Below are positions 1 through 12,086 of a stretch of DNA of 64,000 bases, piece after piece. The stretch lies in the NCBI GenBank assembly GCA_051942205.1, contig JAVECO010000019.1:124001-188000 (forward strand). Reading direction: 5' to 3'. A program made the translations under genes and the position numbers. This DNA is from Coniocarpon cinnabarinum. Its lineage: Eukaryota. The notes under the pieces are model-generated. The model was not told the origin of the DNA. It searched no databases and was given only the letters and a program-made list of their open reading frames with translations. Every line of letters begins with the position of its first letter. Positions within the stretch are counted from its first letter, which is position 1.

Positions 1-3
1 ATT

Positions 4-760
4 TTGAGAAGGCGAGGGGATGTCAAACGTATGGCAATGTTGTATTTGCTTTTCTTTGTCTTGATGAGTATGTTGTTTGGCTTGAGTTTCTGTGATGATG
101 ATGATGACGATGATCTCGAGCTAAGACCATATTCATCACAGCTTCATGAGAAGGCTTCTAAGCTTGATCTTGCACATCTCGACATCAACCCACCTGCTGG
201 AATGAGAACACTTCAGTTCCACCCGCAAAGTGGGATCATACAGACTGATGACGCCGCGGTAAGAGTAAATGCTTTTACGAGATATTGCCGTTCAAATCTA
301 TTCGTTCCTACTCATGGCGATGCTTACCACCATTTACTACCATTCAGGAATCAACTTACGATCTCCAAACTCTTAGGGGTTATGCAGGTTGTCAGCGTAT
401 GAAACTTCTACCCGACCGCAAAGAATCCGTAGCAATTCAAGTATGCCAAGACACAGTCACGAAAAGGGATTTTCGGCGAAGGGTATAAGACAGCGCATCA
501 AATCAAGAACCTTTCTTAGACCACGCTAAAAGGGTGGTCCACGCTGCAGTCAGAGCCTTGCGATGATGCAAAGCGACGATATCCTTCTATGATATTGCAT
601 GAAAATACTACTGAGCATGACTTATACTGCTGAGTAGCCTATGCAGAAATAAAGATGTAATGTAGCGCAGGTCATAGAGCATAGGCGCTGCTACTAACGA
701 AGCTACCAGTGACGGGACTTCTACCACCGGGACTACTACTACTGGCCACAAAGGCGTTGA
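4..760 (+). pseudogene. Possible decayed coding sequence of unknown family
   Basis: The 132-aa ORF continues as protein-like sequence in the same frame through isolated stops (VSV*NFYPTAKNP*QFKYAKTQSRKGIFGEGYKTA...). The stops are compatible with C>T/G>A decay. No family recognised. Confidence 0.25.
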
Positions 761-1919
761 AGAATCCTGCTAACATCCTTGACTGAGAAGTCATCTCTTA
801 CCACATAACCACACAAGCAATCTCCACACAAGCAATCTCAAAAATTATTTCAATTCTACATCAAACACAGGGGATGACAACTATACGAAGCGTGAATAAG
901 TGATCGTGCTTGCATCTTGATCAAGATACGAGTGTGACTAAAGCTCACCGCGATGATTCTGCTTATTGCGATTCATGAACTGAACAGTCACGTGACAAAG
1001 CATCTACGAGAGATATCCACCAAATCCAACCGCAGAGGCTTCACCGCAGAGGCTCCACCGCACTTCCAAGACTCCACAGCAAAGCCGCAAGACAGCGTAT
1101 CGGACCAACGTAGGGGCGCCATTGCCATCGCTGACAGAATTGCTATGTTCTGTCGTCATTCCATGTTGCCTTTCATCAGAAATTGACATCATGTCGTGGG
1201 TGTTGTGATGATGCAGGGCATCCATGGTGCTCCATAAACGGTGTTCAAGGTTCAATGCCTAAGTCCGTTGTTGCGGGTTTTTGGGTTGAATATTTGAATG
1301 TCGGACAGCCCCTGGCGACGGATGATACCTCTATTCGGGAGACACGAGAATGTGGAGGGTTCATAAGATTACATCGCAGCTGAAACTTGGGACTGGATAA
1401 ATGACTGACTCTTACCGTTAAGGTCGCTTTCAAAGTCCATGGGTCTAAGTTCAGGCAGCCCCACTGCGGTGATAAGCCTAAATACCACAGCGAAACCCCG
1501 CCATCGCTTAAAAGCACAGAATAGAGCTGGAACCTGCTGCGGTAAATGCGTCCAAGGTCTAAGCGAGTTGGAGCTGGAATGACAATATTGCCATTGAGAG
1601 GGACTAGGGGATGCTAACATCATATCACATAAGCTCACTGCTATGATTGGCATGGCGATGGACGTGTCATGTCTGATATGATGGTACTCATTAGCATCAA
1701 GACTCTATTGACATCTAACAACTTCCATCAAAACTCGAAGGAAAAAGAAAGTGTGATAGAAAGCTGGCATATTGTAAATAATCCCATCAGGACGAGAGGC
1801 TTTGGTCTTCATTCGGATGCAATCCTTTTGTTCACGCTTTAGTAGCGAGCAGCGCAGTCGAATCTTAAACAGTGTAGAGCAACTTACATCGATTTCTGAT
1901 TCGTCAGAGATAGCGGAGA

Positions 1920-2720
1920 GTCACATGACTTACCAAGATATTTAACGCGTGCCATTTGAGATTGCAGACGCTTTTGCAATGCAACTGATTCGCAAAATCT
2001 TCGATGCCGGTTTCGCGTGTGCAAGGGAAGACATGGAGCATGCTCAATGTCGCCATTTGTACTGCTTGCTGCGTTTGGACCAGTGTGAGTTGATGAGATT
2101 CTTTCGGACGATGATGATAGTCATGACGACGACGACGACGATGATGTGGTGTAGCAGCTCCTCGCTGCTTCATCAACAATTCCAGAGTCCCAGTGTCCGA
2201 AGAAGTTGATGGCACTCACGACCCCTGCTCTGTGATGAAGGTACTCGCTTAGACAAAACCAACGCATACTGGGTGCTACCTGTTTTCCATCAAGTTAGCT
2301 TCAAGGCATTTGCGCATTGCCAAGAAGTGCACCACGTCATATTGACCCTTCAAGATTGTTAGTACAACGAAAGCTACAGTTGATAGCCTTCAGAATACTC
2401 ATGCTAACCTGGCGCGACAATCTCTTCTGAGATGGTATCGAAGCTAGTCCGACACTCATATTTGTATGCGTCATCGTCAATGTCGATGCTCTTGAATATG
2501 GCGATGCATTATAACCGCGAGGTTTCAAAGATTGATGCCTCTCCTGTCTATTTTACCCACAGATTGAATCAGTCGGCATGACTCCGTGAAAAATTGGTCC
2601 ATTGGCAAATGTCCTTTGTTCCAGCATAGCCATCGTACACATGCAAAAGTTGTACAACAGTCTCGGTTGCAAGATAGCAAATGCGGGTGAGATGCGGGTG
2701 AAAGACGGGTGAGATGCGGA
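1920..2720 (-). pseudogene. Possible intron-containing pseudogene relic
   Basis: One minus-strand frame reads HPHLTRICYLATETVVQLLHVYDGYAGTKDICQWTNFSRSHAD*FNLWVK*TGEASIFETSRL*CIAIFK..., with TGA/TAG/TAA stops that could derive from CGA/CAG/CAA. Intron-like signals occur at about 2351-2409 (GTTAGC...CTAAC...AAG), and a GTAAGT donor near 1933. Confidence 0.25.
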
Positions 2721-4216
2721 CTCGTGGCCGGAATAGCGGTCTCGCAGTCCCGATGGCTTTTCAGTGGGCATTAATTCGATATCAGTAAAGGACGACTCCA
2801 ATTGCAAGCCAATAAATAACATTGACTTAGGCTATTTCGAAGCAAAGCGGTGCATCAGTGCGGCTGCGACAACGGCAAAGCATCACAGAGCCCTCGAAAA
2901 GATACTTTACGATATTCCTTACCCAGTCTACCTGCGCTAGCGCGTCTGAGTGGGGGTGATCTTCGGAAAGCAAGCCCCTTACGGCGCCGAAACCGCGGGC
3001 GATCGATTGCGGTGCAGTAAATTAATTCGACGCGCCCACGACAGCACTAAGCTCTTCGATGATCACGCTCAGTCGTGTGGCTGCATTATGCACGGAAATA
3101 CAGCACGAGCCCCCAAGCTGGGTCGTCAAAGGGGTTGCCTAAAATCATGACGGATGGCTCCGAGCCGGCAAGCTCAGACAAGACTGTAGTTTCATGCCAG
3201 CGGTAGGGACCAAGTGACTGGGTCTGCCACGCCTGGAGAGGCCTTCGTCGGTTGTCTTGAGCTGTGAAGGGACTTAGCTACGCAGGAAAACACATCGATG
3301 CGGGAAGTTGAGATAGTTTTGTTTCTTGTCTACGCACCGCGTGTGCGCACAGACACCTCGCTTGTGAACCTATGAGATGGTGAGCATTATGATGGTGACG
3401 GCATGTGTGGGCGTCAGGTTCCCGAGCCCCAAAAATTAGTCCAAGAACCACGGCGGCAACCATGTCAACAAGCCGTGTCAGGCCTATTCATTAGGCCTGT
3501 TCGAATAGAGAATGGTATGAGCCAACGCAGACGAATCGGCATACAAATTGATGCTCTTCATCTTTTACAAACGTGCCAAGTGATCGCAGTACATTTATTA
3601 ATACACGGCCAAGCTGTCAAAGTGGAAATAGTACTTCAACCAGCATTGGTCCAAACCAAATTTGGACAACATGGTACGGGGATGCTGCGTGGTGATCGAG
3701 CAGGCCCCGCATCGTGTCTCGCATGGCTGTTTCGTGCATATCGTCCATGCACTAGTGTCGTTTGGAATGAGGGCCACATTAGTATAGCTTGACACACTCG
3801 GACCACTTCATCAAAGTTGAACCCTAAAATGGCACTGAAATGGTCGGCATGGGTTCGTGACTGATTCAAATCGCGACCCAAGCTCCGCAGGACTGGACTG
3901 CGAGCAAGAGGGCCAGCTGTCCAGCCCAAGTGATATCAAGTGGTCGCAAGCATGGAAAGACAATTTGCCTAATTAAAGTTGGGGGCCAAGACAATGCGAA
4001 TAGGGCATGTGGTAGGGAGTGGCGTCACCGCGTGCTCTTGCCTAAACAGCTTGCGTGATTGAACAAGGCGGAAGAGGATGGTCGGGGTGTTGGAACGAGC
4101 AACGAGGCGAAGGATGTGAAGGATGCAGTGTGAACGGGAGGAGCTCTGAAGAGAGGAGCGTCGGCACGAGTTGTGGTGAAACGGGACGTGCCAGAACGCC
4201 GGAAGATAGGCAGCAT

Positions 4217-4260
4217 CACGTGCAAGACGCGACACGTGACTGACGTGACGCGTGACGTCA
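4217..4260. promoter_or_regulatory. Dense E-box / CRE / MCB motif cluster upstream of fpg
   Basis: CACGTG at 4217 and 4233, TGACGT at 4241, ACGCGT at 4248, TGACGTCA at 4253-4260. The cluster ends about 280 nt before the ATG. Confidence 0.5.
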
Positions 4261-4535
4261 GATCACTACATCCCAACCGAGCAGCGCAGATCGCGCTCAG
4301 GAGCTTGCGCCGATCATTGCTCTTGAACTGCACTTGCGTGACGTCCTGTCATTGACGCTGTCAGGAATCTTCTCTGGCTTGTAGTCTGTCTTGAAATCTG
4401 CTTCTCAGGTTAGGGCATTCGCTCAGTCTGTATGTATTCGCTGTAGAATAGCGCTCATTTGCGCTTACTCTTCACTTTCAAGTCTCTATGCCCATCGTCT
4501 TCAATCTTCATCTCAGACAATAGTGCAATCGCGCC

Positions 4536-6005
4536 ATGCCAGAACTACCTGAAGTTCATCGCGCGACACATTTCCTACGCCTGTACCTCCTCAACAGCCC
4601 GCACACCCTTACCCGCGTTTCCTACTACTCTCCTCCCGACAACAAAAATGCAGCGACCATCACCAACGACCCCAAGATCTTTGACACGGCCAAGACCGGC
4701 CTCGATGCCGGCATTTTCTGCAAAACTCTGCAAGGAAAGAATGTGAAAGATGTGGGACGCCTCGGTAAATACTTCTGGCTGGAGATGGATAAGCCGCCGC
4801 ATCCCGTGTTTCACTTTGGGATGACTGGCTGGATCAAGTACAAAGGGAGCAAAGGAAAAGGTGTAGATTACTGGGAAGGCAAAGTCGAAGGGAGGAACGG
4901 CGAGGGCGCTAACAAAAAGTATACACCAAAGGGAAGGAAGGAAGAGAAGCAAGGAGACGGCGACAGCGATCCGGAGGCCAAATTTCCCACCGAGCGACCG
5001 CATGAAGTGCCGGAGGAAGAGTGGCCACCGCGGTTCACCAAGGTCCTGTTCGAGGCGACGTCTTCATCAGGCGAAGTGACCGAGTTCGCCTTTGTCGATG
5101 GCCGACGGTTCGCGAAGATCCAGCTCATACACCCAGAGGCGGGCAAGTCTGTCCGTGAGACAGATCCACTCTCGTTGAATGGTCCGGACCCCGTGCTGGA
5201 AGCAGATAAAATCACTGACGAGTGGCTGGGCGGCCTGCTGGAAAAGCGCAAAGTCCCTGTCAAAGCGCTCTTACTGGATCAACATGCGTTGAGCGGCGTG
5301 GGCAACTGGGTCGCTGACGAGGTGCTATTTCAGGCGCGAATTCATCCCGAGAAAACGGCGAACGCGTTGGATGAGGATGAGGTGGCGAGACTGGCGGAGC
5401 AGCTCAAGTCGATTTGTCGCATTGCTGCCATCGACGCACTCGGCGATAGCAATCATTTTCCAGCCGACGGGCCTAATGCGTTCCTGATGCGACATCGCTG
5501 GCGACTGGACAAAACCGGCAACGAGGGCGTGCTGCCGAGCGGTGAGAAGATTGTGCGCATCACTGTGGGCGGACGGACAAGTGCGGTGGTCCCGAGCAGG
5601 CAAGGGTACGGTCCCGGTGCCACTGCAGAACAGCAATCGGAGGCTGGAGGCGGATCGTCGAAGAAGCGGAAGTCGACTGCGGAGCAGAAATCGGAGGCTC
5701 CAGGCAGATCGTCCAGAAAGCGGAAGTCGAGCGCGGCTGGCATAGGCGACGGTAGTGACGACGCAGAAGCAGCTCAGAAGGTTGAGCGAGAAGAAGATGA
5801 CGAGGACGAGAATGAGGAAGAGGAGCAGCCGACATCGGCCAAGCGACGAAGTTCGAGACGGACAAGTACTCGCAATAGCTCCGCCAAGGCAGGCAAGCAA
5901 GATGTCGCGTCTGAGACGAAGAAGCAGAAGTCGAGTCAACGGGTGTCCGACACAGAGACGCAGGCGATGAGAGGCAAGCGTAGTAGTAGAGGCAGAAGAA
6001 ATTAG
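4536..6005 (+). CDS. fpg: Formamidopyrimidine-DNA glycosylase (Fpg/MutM family, fungal zincless-finger type), intronless
   Basis: N-terminal MPELPEV catalytic motif, RLGKYFW, HFGMTGW, FVDGRRFA, H2TH motif KALLLDQHALSGVGNWVADEVLFQARIHP, and VGGRTS. Long charged C-terminal tail. Confidence 0.95.
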   Translation: MPELPEVHRATHFLRLYLLNSPHTLTRVSYYSPPDNKNAATITNDPKIFDTAKTGLDAGIFCKTLQGKNVKDVGRLGKYFWLEMDKPPHPVFHFGMTGWIKYKGSKGKGVDYWEGKVEGRNGEGANKKYTPKGRKEEKQGDGDSDPEAKFPTERPHEVPEEEWPPRFTKVLFEATSSSGEVTEFAFVDGRRFAKIQLIHPEAGKSVRETDPLSLNGPDPVLEADKITDEWLGGLLEKRKVPVKALLLDQHALSGVGNWVADEVLFQARIHPEKTANALDEDEVARLAEQLKSICRIAAIDALGDSNHFPADGPNAFLMRHRWRLDKTGNEGVLPSGEKIVRITVGGRTSAVVPSRQGYGPGATAEQQSEAGGGSSKKRKSTAEQKSEAPGRSSRKRKSSAAGIGDGSDDAEAAQKVEREEDDEDENEEEEQPTSAKRRSSRRTSTRNSSAKAGKQDVASETKKQKSSQRVSDTETQAMRGKRSSRGRRN

Positions 6006-6752
6006 TGGTGGAATGGCATGTCAGTGGTGGTGCTGGTAGTGGTGGTGTTGTTGGTGGTAGCAGTGAATCAACATGGGTTGCAGACAGGTATGACTCTGGC
6101 GGTGTCGACCTTGAGGAAAATTTCGAGCAGCAACGGTGTCACCGTGCCGCGGCGTGGACAGAATGTCTCTTGCTTGTACTGAGAAGTATGGATGAGCTCG
6201 TATGGCCATGGAGTTGGTAACTCCGCGCGTACCGCCATGGACACGCGTGACCAAGACATTAGCAGGAAGAGTGTATGTATCAGTCTGTGTCAGTCTGTGT
6301 GTAGGTGCAGAGCGTCGCAATGGATTAAGCGATGCGAGAGACCATCCGAGAGAACGAGAGGTAGAGGTGCAAGATGTGGAGGAGCTCACCGCTCCTTGCC
6401 GGGGTACCTGTATAGGTAATGCAAATCTGAGTTGGTCCACGGTGGCTTGCAGCAGTGTGTTGTTTGTCTGCTTGACTGTCCTCGATTGCCTGGTTGCCGC
6501 CGCGCAGGCGTTGCGCCATCGCCTGTCGTGATCACATTGCCTCATGCTCTTTGGGACTGCGCGCTCGTGTCGTGGACACACATCCACATCCGCACAAAGG
6601 CAACAGTCACGCTCGGCTAGCTCGACACGAGGGATCCGGGGGCGGGCGTGGCCAAGAGGGTGTATCAAGTCCCGACGGCCTCTCTAGATCCTGCTGCATC
6701 AGGTTCTTTTGCGAGGGTACCTCTCCAGGCAGCAGTCGTGCAGTGCTCCAAT

Positions 6753-6795
6753 CCATACCCATCCACCCATCCATCCATCCATCCATCCATCCCAT
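6753..6795. repeat. (CCAT)n microsatellite
   Basis: Imperfect tandem run of CCAT read directly from the sequence. Confidence 0.9.
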
Positions 6796-9700
6796 GGCGC
6801 CATGGCTCATGGGGCTGATGTTTTGTCACTCGAGCGTCTTTTTGCTGCTAGCTCCGCCCAGCTCCAGCTCCCGCTCCAGCTCCCCTGCCCCGCCATTCCC
6901 TTCGCAATCATTGCGGCTCTCGGACTCGCTCCCTGCAATGCCGCTGCCTACAATGGCAAAAGTTCTTCTTGGGTTTGTGTTTTCGCTAGCCGTGTGTCCG
7001 TGTCTCCGCGCTGTTGCCTAGCCGTCGACTATCTGCACCGCGCGCGTCGCGACGAAGACGGCGCTGCTCGCAGACACCGGCGATGGCGCACGTGAACTGC
7101 CCACGCATGGCGGCGCTTCGCACAAAAGTCGACGTTTCTGGTCACCGCCTGCCCACGCAGCGCATGACGTCGGTGGCATCTCGCCCAGCCGCAGCGCCCC
7201 CGCCTGCTCCCTCGTCCATTTCGGTCGCTGGGTTCGATCCGCTGTTCTAGATGCCCGCCAGCTCGCATGCCCGGTGCAAGTGCAGTATCCACAGCTGCAG
7301 TCTGCAGCCCTGTCAGGAACACTGCAGCTGCTCGCCCACCTCACGCACGACACCTAGCTCTCTGGCCCAATCTAACCTTAAGCTGGCCGCGGGAGCAACC
7401 TTGCGATGCGACATCACCAACGCTCCTGTTGACACCGCCCTGCACGTGGTCTCGGCCGGCGCCCGATCGCTGTCGGTCGAGTCGACTCATCCGCGCCCTG
7501 AGACTCACTGCTCATGCTGGCAAAGTGTCCAAGTGCTTCCCGCTCTTTCATTTCGCGTGGCAGGCATCTCCTGCGACGAGACCGCGAATGACATGCAAAT
7601 GCGCAATGCCCGGCCTTGGCGCGGCTCTTGACCCCTTCGACTGGATCATCCGCCGAGCTTGCGCCAAAATCTTACAAAAACACGTGGCCGAGAGTCATCC
7701 CCCAGAGATCGGCATGTTGATCAGCTAGTGTGTTTGCACCATTCCGCATGCCGTGTTCCTATCAAGGAGTCGCTGTAACAGACGCGAACGTCTCCAAATG
7801 CGTGCTGGATAGGATCGATTTTGACATGCTTTTCCATCGACATGGTCGGAGTGTGAGCTTTCTATGGCCTGCTCGCGGCCTTACTTGACAACCTTGTGGG
7901 GCTGGAACACCGAGGCCCAGGCTGGGGTGTCCAAACTCCCCTTACGCATATTACTCAAAATGATCTTCAACGTCGACATCGCCCGTCGTTACCTAGCGCA
8001 TGTTTTCAACGGCCAAAATGTAGGAGATTTCCTGGGTGCCGACCTCGTCCACGGTACCAGCAGGGGTTTTTTACTTCTCATGCTCTGTGAAGGCCATACA
8101 ATGATCTTTGATCCCATGAGTAAGCTGAGGCTCTGATGAGTGAGCGCGCTTGGCATATTCTAGATGAAGCATTTGCATGCCGCAATATGACCTAAATGGT
8201 ATTGAATGAGTGTTTGAGTGTACCAGACAATGTGAACGGCCTCATGCGCCAAGGGTAACGGGTATTGCAAGGATAGGTGGCCGCACTTTGAGCAGGGCCA
8301 TTGCATCAATCGCTGCGGAAACGGAGCCACTACGGAGTAAACTCACGGAATGGCTACCAAGTGTATGGAACGGCAATTGTTGACTCAACGTGGCTGCTTG
8401 GATAAACGATACGGACACGCTGTCACGTGTCGGACATGCCATCGACTTCTGTAGAGACCAGCCTCTAGCGGATTCCGGCGCTACGTGATGTGAATTCTTC
8501 CTGTAGTGTAGAAGAAATTTCAATACGCATCCTCTTGTCCCTGCATGAATTCGGCAGGTGCAAGGGGTGTCTCCAATCAGTATCCTGATCGGTGTTGGTC
8601 ATACAGAGGGAGCGGATCCTTCTCGCCAAAAGATTTGAGTCATTGGTCCGAAACCTATAAGGACACTGTTGCACGCAATAGGCTCTGCGTCGGGGTCGCA
8701 TGTTTCAATGTCAAACGAGGTGGGCTGGTTGTGCTAGGCGGGCGGCAGGCCTTCAGTATCCAAAGGCATGTACCGCTTGCCATGTGATGTTCAGGCCTTC
8801 CTCGTGGAGCGCAATCGTGCGAGGTTCGGCAGTTGCCAAACGCTTGACCTGTTGAGGACAATGGAAAAGACAACAGACGGATGACCCAATCATGATGTAC
8901 AGGCGAGCCAGGCAACGGGATGCTATTGCAGGTTCGAGCGGGCCCGGGGGACGGACCAATTCTCAGCCCCCGGCTTGCCTTGGATTGCCGCATTCGTCGA
9001 CTGCGTCCGGCACGCGACTCAATCGCACTGCGACTCCCCTGTCCACTGTTCCGCACACACCCATCCACCATGGAGGTGGAGACGTTGGCGGAGAGTCTTT
9101 CCCAAACTATCGTGTAACACCGGCTACGAATCTATAACAGACTGGTAGGAGCTTGCTGAGTCGACCTCAATACTCGCTTAAAGGTCCAGGCCCCATAGGG
9201 TTGGCGCACGTACTACCCACGCTCCTGTAATTTCCCTAGTAGCTAGAAATAGAGTATTATACCAAGAACCGAAATCGATGGGCGTGCGCATGCAGAGGGA
9301 AGAGCTGTCGAGAATTCTGCAATCCGCCCCCGTCTAGGCAAGCGCACAAGCGGCTTTGAAAGATGCCTCAAGGCGCCTTAGACTGGGACGAGACCACAAC
9401 GCGTCACATCCGCGACCGAGGAGTTGCTCTGGATGTGCGAGCGCATGACGTTGCTTGGTCGTTTCCGGCTGAGGCATTCGTAGGGCCTCGGATGCGGTCG
9501 TGTTGCCCTGGACTGGGGTCCGCTCCAGAGGGTTGCCTGAAAGATCCGTCCAGGGTGCTTCGGCTCTTGACTGACCGACGCGAATCATGTCACCTTTCAG
9601 CTTCTCAAGGGTCCCGTCGCTTAGATGAATGCCCAGAAGGGCTGAAAAGCCCACGCGAGACGTCTGTCTTCGCATTGAGGGCGGCGGTAAAAGTCCATCT

Positions 9701-12086
9701 GGTGTGGAGCAGCGCACAGAGGCCAACATGGCTCTAAGCGTAGCTCCAAGGGTGGGTCAGTCCGCCCCTCAAACATGACCATGCCCGGAGCAGCAAATGT
9801 GTACTGAAACGCTAGTCAGCCCCTTAGCACGCGATTGACGGGAGATCGTTTCTGTGCGGAAAATCAAGAGCGTTTAGGACAGAAAGTGGGACAGCTGCTC
9901 TCAACAACGAGGGCCGGTGCCGTCCGCACGCACTGATATGCTGGTTCATGAAGTGCGGGACGCGGACCTCGACGAGTCAACAGTCAAGGTTTTCGTCAAA
10001 AGGATATGGCGTGCAAAGGGACAGGTGGTCGAATCGAAGAGAGTGAGAGTTCGAGCACAGCGGAGTCAATCTGGCCTGGCACAATTCGAATAGGGGGCCG
10101 CACGCGGTCACGCTAAGCCGAGAGCGGAATAGTGATATGGGCGGCTCCGGACTGACCGACGGTTTTTGTGGAGGCCAAGATGCACACGGCAATGAACAGA
10201 CAGCGGTCACGCCAGAATCTGGATCCAGTGCAGGCTGGCGACGAAGCTGAGACGATGATGGGAGGAAGCGGTGGCAGAAGATTCGCAGCCAAGCGACGCG
10301 GACAGATGGTGGCTGGTCTTCTGGAATCCGGGCGCCTGCAAGAGAAGCGAGATGGAGGCGCATCATGCAGCCAAGCCGAGCCCAGCAAGCCCTGCGCGCC
10401 ACGAGGCGAATGCCCTGTTTGGGCATCTGGCAGCGAATGATGGGGACAGTGGTGCAGGGTGGTGACAGAGGACGACTCGTATTAGGGCGGGAGGAGTGGT
10501 GTGGTAGTGTATCGAAGGAGCCGCGAATAGCATCCCAGCAGCATGGCGCCCACGTGTAGTCGCATCCGTTGGTGCCCCCGTCCACTCACAGTCCATCCCG
10601 CTCCTTTCAGCAGGCATGGCCCTGCGCGCCGTCGGCAGTGGGCAAATAGACGAACAAGCCCTCAGGGTGCACGGCTGGGTGTGTGCGACTCAAACGAGGC
10701 CTGGGAGGAAAAAGGTTCGGAGAGGGATTGGGTGACGGAGCACGTGTCTGTGTGTGGGAGGGTGTCTGTTTGTTGGGGCGGACAACCTGGCCACATAACA
10801 GAGAAGCACAACATCAAGCGAGCTGGCCGTCGATCCCAAACAGTGACGCTAGGAGCAGCCGTTGGTGCGAATAGGAGGAGGGTCAGGGCCAACAAGCAAT
10901 AGCCCGACATTTAGGTTGATGAGTACCTGCAGTGACGATGAAAGATGATGTTGATGATGCACGCGTCTGATCCCAAGAGGCCACCCATCCATCCCGTCCA
11001 CGCCAGTTCGCGTCGGCAATAGCCGCACGGCGAGACGGCCGGGCACCGTCGTCAGCGTGGGCGTGGAGAATGGACAGTGATGCTATGGCTGCGTGCTCGA
11101 CCTCGTCTGTCGACCGGCGCAGGGAGTAGTAGGTAGATGGGTAGTGAGTCAACAAGACCCAGAGAGTGAAGTAGTCAGGTAGTCACGTTGTTCGTTGCAC
11201 AAGACAGGCGGTGCGCAGCTCAAGACGGTGGAAGGTGCGTAGAAGTGGTGGTGGTGGTCGACAGCCGGGGTTGGGGTGCACGGAGCGCGCGGGAGGAGGT
11301 GTCCGTAGCCTCGCGGCGTGCTTGCCTCGAGGGCCCGTGCGCCGAGTGCCGGTGTGCAAAGCCTGGGGTGCGCGAAGAAAGACATTCAAGTGTACGTGTG
11401 TGGTTCCTGCCCTGTGTCTCTGGCTGCGGCTACAGCGCGTGAGCTCGGACCCTCCCTCCTCCCTCAGCTACCTGACGCACTACCTACCGTATCGTCTCTG
11501 TACCTCCCGTACTCCGTACTCCCATCCACAGCAACCACCGCGCAAACAGGCGGTATGGCTTGGTCGAAAAGTATGGCTCCTGCCGGCCTTCAACTCGCTA
11601 GATCACCCTCACCCTCCCTTCGCCTTTCTCGCTTCCTCCCTCGCGGTCACCTACTCTTCTTTTCCTTTTCTCTCTCCCTCGTCCCTCTGTGTCATTCCTC
11701 CTTCTCCGGCCCCAACGCCTTGCTGCTCCCTCACACGCACTAACCGCGCTCCCCTGCTCCTCTCCCACCGTTCTTATTGTTGTCATCGTCCACGCTCTCC
11801 GCTTTCTCACATTCGCCCACCGCTGTCTCTCATAGGCCAGCCCATGCTCTGAGCACGCCTGCGTCGGCACTTCCTCCCAACGCCTATATCTCTCCCATCT
11901 CTCCCACCCTTCTCTTCTTCCTCTCGGCCTACCCTCGACCCTTTTCCATAAACATCCGTCTGCTGCTGCCCTAGTCTCGAGCACCAGCCTCATTCACCTT
12001 GTCCTCGCCGGCACTACTGCTGCCTTACCCGCAAGCTGGCTATCGCTCTTGCACCTCCACCAACACCACCGTCACCGCCAGACGTC

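Noticed and set aside
4536..6005. Fpg lacking the C-terminal zinc finger
   Set aside because: This is the normal zincless-finger state of fungal and plant Fpg proteins.
7225..7250. GGTTCGATCC resembling a tRNA T-loop
   Set aside because: The flanks do not form a T-stem, acceptor stem or cloverleaf.
6021..7728. Many overlapping 100-215 aa ORFs
   Set aside because: No recognisable domain or consistent exon structure. Such ORFs are expected in GC-rich intergenic DNA.
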